From Planctomycetota bacterium (GTDB lineage: Bacteria; Planctomycetota; UBA8108; SXIK01), in the NCBI GenBank assembly GCA_965223265.1, contig OZ244999.1, positions 7,456,001 to 7,520,000 of the forward strand: DNA of 64,000 nucleotides. Direction: 5' to 3'. Shown one piece after another: positions 59,831-64,000 of the stretch (its first letter is position 1; every line of letters begins with the position of its first letter). Both the position numbers and the translations under genes were made by a program. The notes beneath the pieces are model-generated. The model saw only the letters and a list, made by a program, of their open reading frames with translations. It was not told the DNA's origin and searched no databases.

Positions 59831-61573
59831 TCAAAGCCGCGGCCTCGGCGGCTTGACCGGGTCTCGCCATGGCACGACGCCCGTTGCGTTCAGGCGGCGG
59901 CGGAAGACCTTGTCGGTGCACGTGACGTAGATGTAGTTGAGATCGCGCCCGCCGAAGACAACATTCGAGAGCCACCCGGTCTGCGGTTTCGACAGAATGA
60001 GATGGCAGCGGCCAAGCTGATCGAACACCTGCACGCCCATGCGCGTCGCGACATACAGCCTTCCGTGCGTGTCGACGGTCATGCCATCGGCGCCGCTGTC
60101 GCGGCTGTCGTCTGGCACGTGGACGTGACCGTACTTCTGGCGATGTGCGAGCGAGCCGTCCGACTGAATCTGGAATGAGTAAATGAAACGCCCGCGCGTG
60201 TCGGCGACGAAGAGCAGCGTTTGATCGGCCGATGCGATGACACCGTTCGTGAACTCGATGCCTTCGTCGACAACGCGGCGCTCGCCGCCGTCAGTGGCAT
60301 ACCACACCTTCTTGTTCCTCGGGTCGGTGTAGTAAAGGCCGCCCGGAAGTTTGACGAGGTCGTTCGACGGCGCGCCCTCGAAAACGGTTGTCGCATCGCC
60401 ACTGGCGTCGAAACGCAGAACCTTTTTGGCGCGTCCTTGGCAGGCCCAAAGATCTCCACTGGCGGAAAACATCAGCCCACCCACGCCTTGGTAGCCTTCG
60501 GCGAAGACGGTCACGATGCCATCCAGCCCGACGCGGTGAATTCGTCCCGCCCGTCCGTCCGAGAAGAAAACTTCGCCAGCGGCGTTCGCCGCCGGTCCCT
60601 CGGTGAAGCCGTGCCCATCGCTCACCAGCTCCCAGTCCTCGCCCGAGATGAGAATGTCGGTGAGTCTCTTGGCAGCGCGCCCCGCTGTGATCGGACGGGG
60701 ATAGTCGCGCCAGAGCCAGCGCAGGGCCTCCGGCATGATCGCCGCGGAGTGTTTGCTGTCGTGCCCGCCATCACTCCACGCGTTCTTAACGTCGTAGCCC
60801 GCAAACTGCAGCGACGAGAGCATCGACTGATTCGCCATCCACCAATCGCCGCCGTAGAGATTCAAATCCGCCGAGCCGTCCTGAAGAAAGACGCGAATCG
60901 GCTTCGGTTCGACCTTGCGGATGAGTGCTGAGTACTCGTTGCCGCCGCGCAGGCTGACGTATGTACCGATCGTGCTTAAGACGCGCCGGAACGCGTCGGG
61001 CCGCTCCCAGGCGGCGGTGAACGCACAAATGGCGCCTGAGCTGGCGCCGGCGATCGCGCGGTCGTTCGGGTCGTCGCTGAGGTTGTAGCTCTTCTTCACC
61101 TCCGGGAGGATTTCGTCCAAGAGAAAGCGTGCGTAGCGATCGCCGAGGCCGTCGTACTCGAAGCTGCGATTGAAGCGGGGCTGAGCGTTCTCATGCGGCG
61201 CCGGCACGACGCCGGGGTTCACGAACACACCGATCATTGGCGGCACCTCGCCCCGGTGGATCAGATTGTCGAGCGCCGGCGTCAAGTGCCAACCCTCGGC
61301 GCGCCGGACGCCATCCTGCACGACGAGCACGCATGTCTTTTTCGCCGCGTCGTACTGCGCCGGGACATAAAGCCAGTAGCTGCGAACCGTTCCCGGAAAG
61401 ATCTCACTCTTCCATTCGAAAGGCCCTTTCACCGCGCCTCGGGGCACGCCGGGCTGCAGTTTAGAATCCGGGCCGAGTGGAAACTCCTCCGCTGCGAACC
61501 CCGAAGACTGCTGGATCAAGACAGCGGTTAGGATCATCGTCGTCCACGTCATCGTGCGCATGGGTCTGTGCAT
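59831..61573 (-). CDS. Esterase (enterochelin-esterase-like) + SMP-30/gluconolactonase fusion
   Basis: YWLYVPAQY, NRSFEYD, GASSG nucleophile elbow, GGH; FTEGPA, PSND, TNG, GADGMTVD, SNVVFGG. Confidence 0.9.
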   Translation of the reverse strand: MHRPMRTMTWTTMILTAVLIQQSSGFAAEEFPLGPDSKLQPGVPRGAVKGPFEWKSEIFPGTVRSYWLYVPAQYDAAKKTCVLVVQDGVRRAEGWHLTPALDNLIHRGEVPPMIGVFVNPGVVPAPHENAQPRFNRSFEYDGLGDRYARFLLDEILPEVKKSYNLSDDPNDRAIAGASSGAICAFTAAWERPDAFRRVLSTIGTYVSLRGGNEYSALIRKVEPKPIRVFLQDGSADLNLYGGDWWMANQSMLSSLQFAGYDVKNAWSDGGHDSKHSAAIMPEALRWLWRDYPRPITAGRAAKRLTDILISGEDWELVSDGHGFTEGPAANAAGEVFFSDGRAGRIHRVGLDGIVTVFAEGYQGVGGLMFSASGDLWACQGRAKKVLRFDASGDATTVFEGAPSNDLVKLPGGLYYTDPRNKKVWYATDGGERRVVDEGIEFTNGVIASADQTLLFVADTRGRFIYSFQIQSDGSLAHRQKYGHVHVPDDSRDSGADGMTVDTHGRLYVATRMGVQVFDQLGRCHLILSKPQTGWLSNVVFGGRDLNYIYVTCTDKVFRRRLNATGVVPWRDPVKPPRPRL

Positions 61574-61724
61574 TTTGATCTCGCTCGGATAAGGAATGGC
61601 ACCGTCGGATGCGAAACATAAGGCTGGAGAGGGTGCGGTCGTGCGCGCCGCGCGCTGCCCCTCGACTGAACCGCGAAGCCCTAGATGCGGTCGAGAGAGG
61701 ACGACCACTCGCCGCGCCCTCGGA

Positions 61725-62651
61725 CTACACGACCGCCCCTTGGCGCAGTTCGGACTCCGCCGCCAGAATCGGCTCCACAACAGCCTCGACCTCACGCTTC
61801 TCGGCCACGTTGAGCCGCCGCTGAGGTGGACGCGGCTCGCCGAAGTCGAGTCCTAGCGACTGCATCGCGTGTTTGAGAAACGAGATGTTGTAGGAGCTCC
61901 CAGCACGCGCGCGGTAGTCTTCGATCGGACGCAGGATCGCCTGCAGACGCAGCGCCTCGGTCCAGTCGCCGCGGACCGACGCAGCGTGCATCGCCAGCGT
62001 CAGGCGCGGACAGACGTTACCGGCTCCCGTCGTGTAGCCCGTAGCGCCATGCATCATGAACGCGGGAGCGAACAGCTCCGCGATGCCGCATAGCCACTCC
62101 ACCTCGACTTCCGAGCTGGCCGTCAGGCGCTGAAAAGCGTCGACACCGGTACCAGCATACTTGATCCCGACAACGCACGGATGCGAAGCCAATTCGAGCG
62201 TGAGAGCGTCCGAAGGAAAGTCGCCACGTTTGTAGAAGAGTGCGGGCGCACGCAGCGTGTCGAAGATCGCCGTGTAGTATTCGCGCAGCCCGGTGTCCGA
62301 GAGGTACGGTGCAGCGGGCGGCATGACGAGGATCGCATCGGCGCCTGCTGCGAGAGCATTCGCGCCGGTCTCGATTGCACACGGCAGTTGGAAGCCGACT
62401 GGAGCAATCAGGACAGCATCGCTGCCGATCGCAGCGCGAACGCACCGCACCGTCTGCACGACCTCGTCGCTGGTGAGGCTGTGAAACTCGCCGGTTCCGG
62501 CTGCCGGAAGGAAAACACTCACTCCCGCCGCGAGCAGCCGCTCAGCCAACGATGCCATGGGGTTCAGCGCCAGTCTTCCGTCGGCGTCGAACGCCGTCGG
62601 CGGCACGACGTGCACGGTCCGGAGCCGCTCGGGGGCCAATTCGATCGCCAT
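61725..62651 (-). CDS. DapA/DHDPS-family aldolase/dehydratase (KDG dehydratase-like)
   Basis: TAF, AGTGEFHSL, GADAILVMPP, FYKR, VGIKY (Schiff-base Lys); SD CAGGGAG. Confidence 0.88.
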   Translation of the reverse strand: MAIELAPERLRTVHVVPPTAFDADGRLALNPMASLAERLLAAGVSVFLPAAGTGEFHSLTSDEVVQTVRCVRAAIGSDAVLIAPVGFQLPCAIETGANALAAGADAILVMPPAAPYLSDTGLREYYTAIFDTLRAPALFYKRGDFPSDALTLELASHPCVVGIKYAGTGVDAFQRLTASSEVEVEWLCGIAELFAPAFMMHGATGYTTGAGNVCPRLTLAMHAASVRGDWTEALRLQAILRPIEDYRARAGSSYNISFLKHAMQSLGLDFGEPRPPQRRLNVAEKREVEAVVEPILAAESELRQGAVV

Positions 62652-62782
62652 GCGGTGCTCCCTGAATTGATGTTCGAAGTGCGAGCGATTATCGTACAAG
62701 TTCGCTTCGCTTAGCCATGAAAACTCGGCCATGGTTCGACATCGCGTCGTCATGCGAAGCCATTTCTAAAGGAGATTCTCAC

Positions 62783-64000
62783 GTGCTGCGCATTCCCATT
62801 CTGCGTTGGGGCCAACCCTACACGAGCCTCGAAGAAGACGACGTCGTCCATTTCATCACCGGCGAGACGCTCGCCAAAGTGAGCCAAGCGAACACTGGGC
62901 TGCTGTCGCGGGACATTCGCCACGCTGCGCGCGCACGGGAATGTCTGCGGGAGATCCCTGCTCGCGATCTCGTTGAGATGATGAAACGTGCTGCTGACGA
63001 CTACTTGAATGGCACGCTGCCGATGGGCGACGGGGAGCAGTCTCCCGACGACTTTGCACGCCAGCAGTCGGCCACGACCGGCCTGCCCGAGCACATGTGC
63101 AAAGCGAACATGCACAAGAATCACTTCGTCTTGACGCACATGGATCAGATGCTCGACGCGCTGACGCGCGGTCTCAATTTGGAGATTCTTACACGCGGCT
63201 ACGGGGTGGAGCCCCGCGGCGTCACCGTCAGTTACCAAGCGCAGACCTCCGCGCTCGGGATGGTGTTGCCGTCGAATTCGCCAGGTGTGCACACGCTCTG
63301 GTTACCGGTGATTCCGATGCAGATCGGACTCGTCCTCAAGCCCGGGCCGCTCGAGCCGTGGACGCCGTATCGCATGGCAGCCGCGTTCACGAAGGCAGGG
63401 GTACCGAAGGAAGCGATCTCAATCTACCCCGGAGGTGCGGCAATGGGCGCCGAAGTGGTGAATCGCTGCGACCGCACGATGATCTTCGGCGGCACGCCGA
63501 CCGTTGAGCTGTACGAAGGGAACTCGAAGGTGCAGGTGCACGGGCCAGGGTTCAGCAAGATCATCTTCGGGGATGACATGGTGGACGATTGGGAGAGGCA
63601 CATCGACCTCATGGCCGATAGCGTCTTTCTCAACAGCGGCCGAGGTTGCATCAACTGTTCGGGCATCTGGGCGTCACGGCACACGAAGGAAATCGCTCAG
63701 GCAATCGCCGAACGCATCGGCCCCGTCGAGGTGAAACCGCCTGAAGACCCCGAAGCGATGCTGGCGGCGTTCACCATGCCTGGTATGGCCAAGGCGATCT
63801 GGAGCATGATCGAAGCCGATCTCAGCGAAGATGGTGTCGAACATGTCACAGAGAAATTCGGACCGCGACTCGTCGAGATGGAGCGCTGCGCGTATCTTCG
63901 TCCCCTCGTTGCGCATTGTGATTCGCCGGACCGCGCGATCGCTTCGAAGGAGTTCATGTTCCCGTTCGTCAGCGTCGTTGAGTGCCCGGAGTCGGAAATG
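62783..64000 (+). CDS. Aldehyde dehydrogenase / acyl-reductase-like protein (runs off window)
   Basis: Not in the ORF track. SD AAGGAG + GTG; MLRIPILRWGQPY...VLPSNSPGVH, LKPG..EPWTP, IFGG, HGPGFSK, NSGRGCINCS, KEFMFPF. Confidence 0.88.
   Translation, partial: MLRIPILRWGQPYTSLEEDDVVHFITGETLAKVSQANTGLLSRDIRHAARARECLREIPARDLVEMMKRAADDYLNGTLPMGDGEQSPDDFARQQSATTGLPEHMCKANMHKNHFVLTHMDQMLDALTRGLNLEILTRGYGVEPRGVTVSYQAQTSALGMVLPSNSPGVHTLWLPVIPMQIGLVLKPGPLEPWTPYRMAAAFTKAGVPKEAISIYPGGAAMGAEVVNRCDRTMIFGGTPTVELYEGNSKVQVHGPGFSKIIFGDDMVDDWERHIDLMADSVFLNSGRGCINCSGIWASRHTKEIAQAIAERIGPVEVKPPEDPEAMLAAFTMPGMAKAIWSMIEADLSEDGVEHVTEKFGPRLVEMERCAYLRPLVAHCDSPDRAIASKEFMFPFVSVVECPESEM

Overview
GC-rich bacterial DNA, almost certainly Planctomycetota. 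Markers are a DUF1549/DUF1553-DUF1501 pair, a PVC-type CxxCH protein, PQQ-like propellers, dockerin-like secreted proteins and an OmcB-like DUF11 protein. It holds about 38 CDSs: housekeeping genes (MoxR, S41 protease, adk, LpxL-like, MetE-like, AddB-like), a Yej/Opp-type ABC operon, a VapBC module, secreted and carbohydrate-related proteins, and a truncated IS3. I found no tRNA, rRNA or CRISPR array. The most unusual signal is non-coding. (1) At 58.3-59.2 kb a cassette runs GTAG-REP, a (GTGGGAGT)x11.75 G-quadruplex-type array, a palindrome, a four-helix-bundle (IVP/Avd-like) gene, a hairpin and (TCTGYC)-type repeats. An apparent gene-less version with the same order lies at 26.1-26.3 kb. (2) Fully palindromic MITEs with YTAR target duplications show compensatory substitutions between copies and are stacked three deep at 13 kb. 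(3) An uncharacterised Zn-finger protein has a possible BECR-type RNase C-terminus. All protein calls come from motif recognition by eye, with no database searches.
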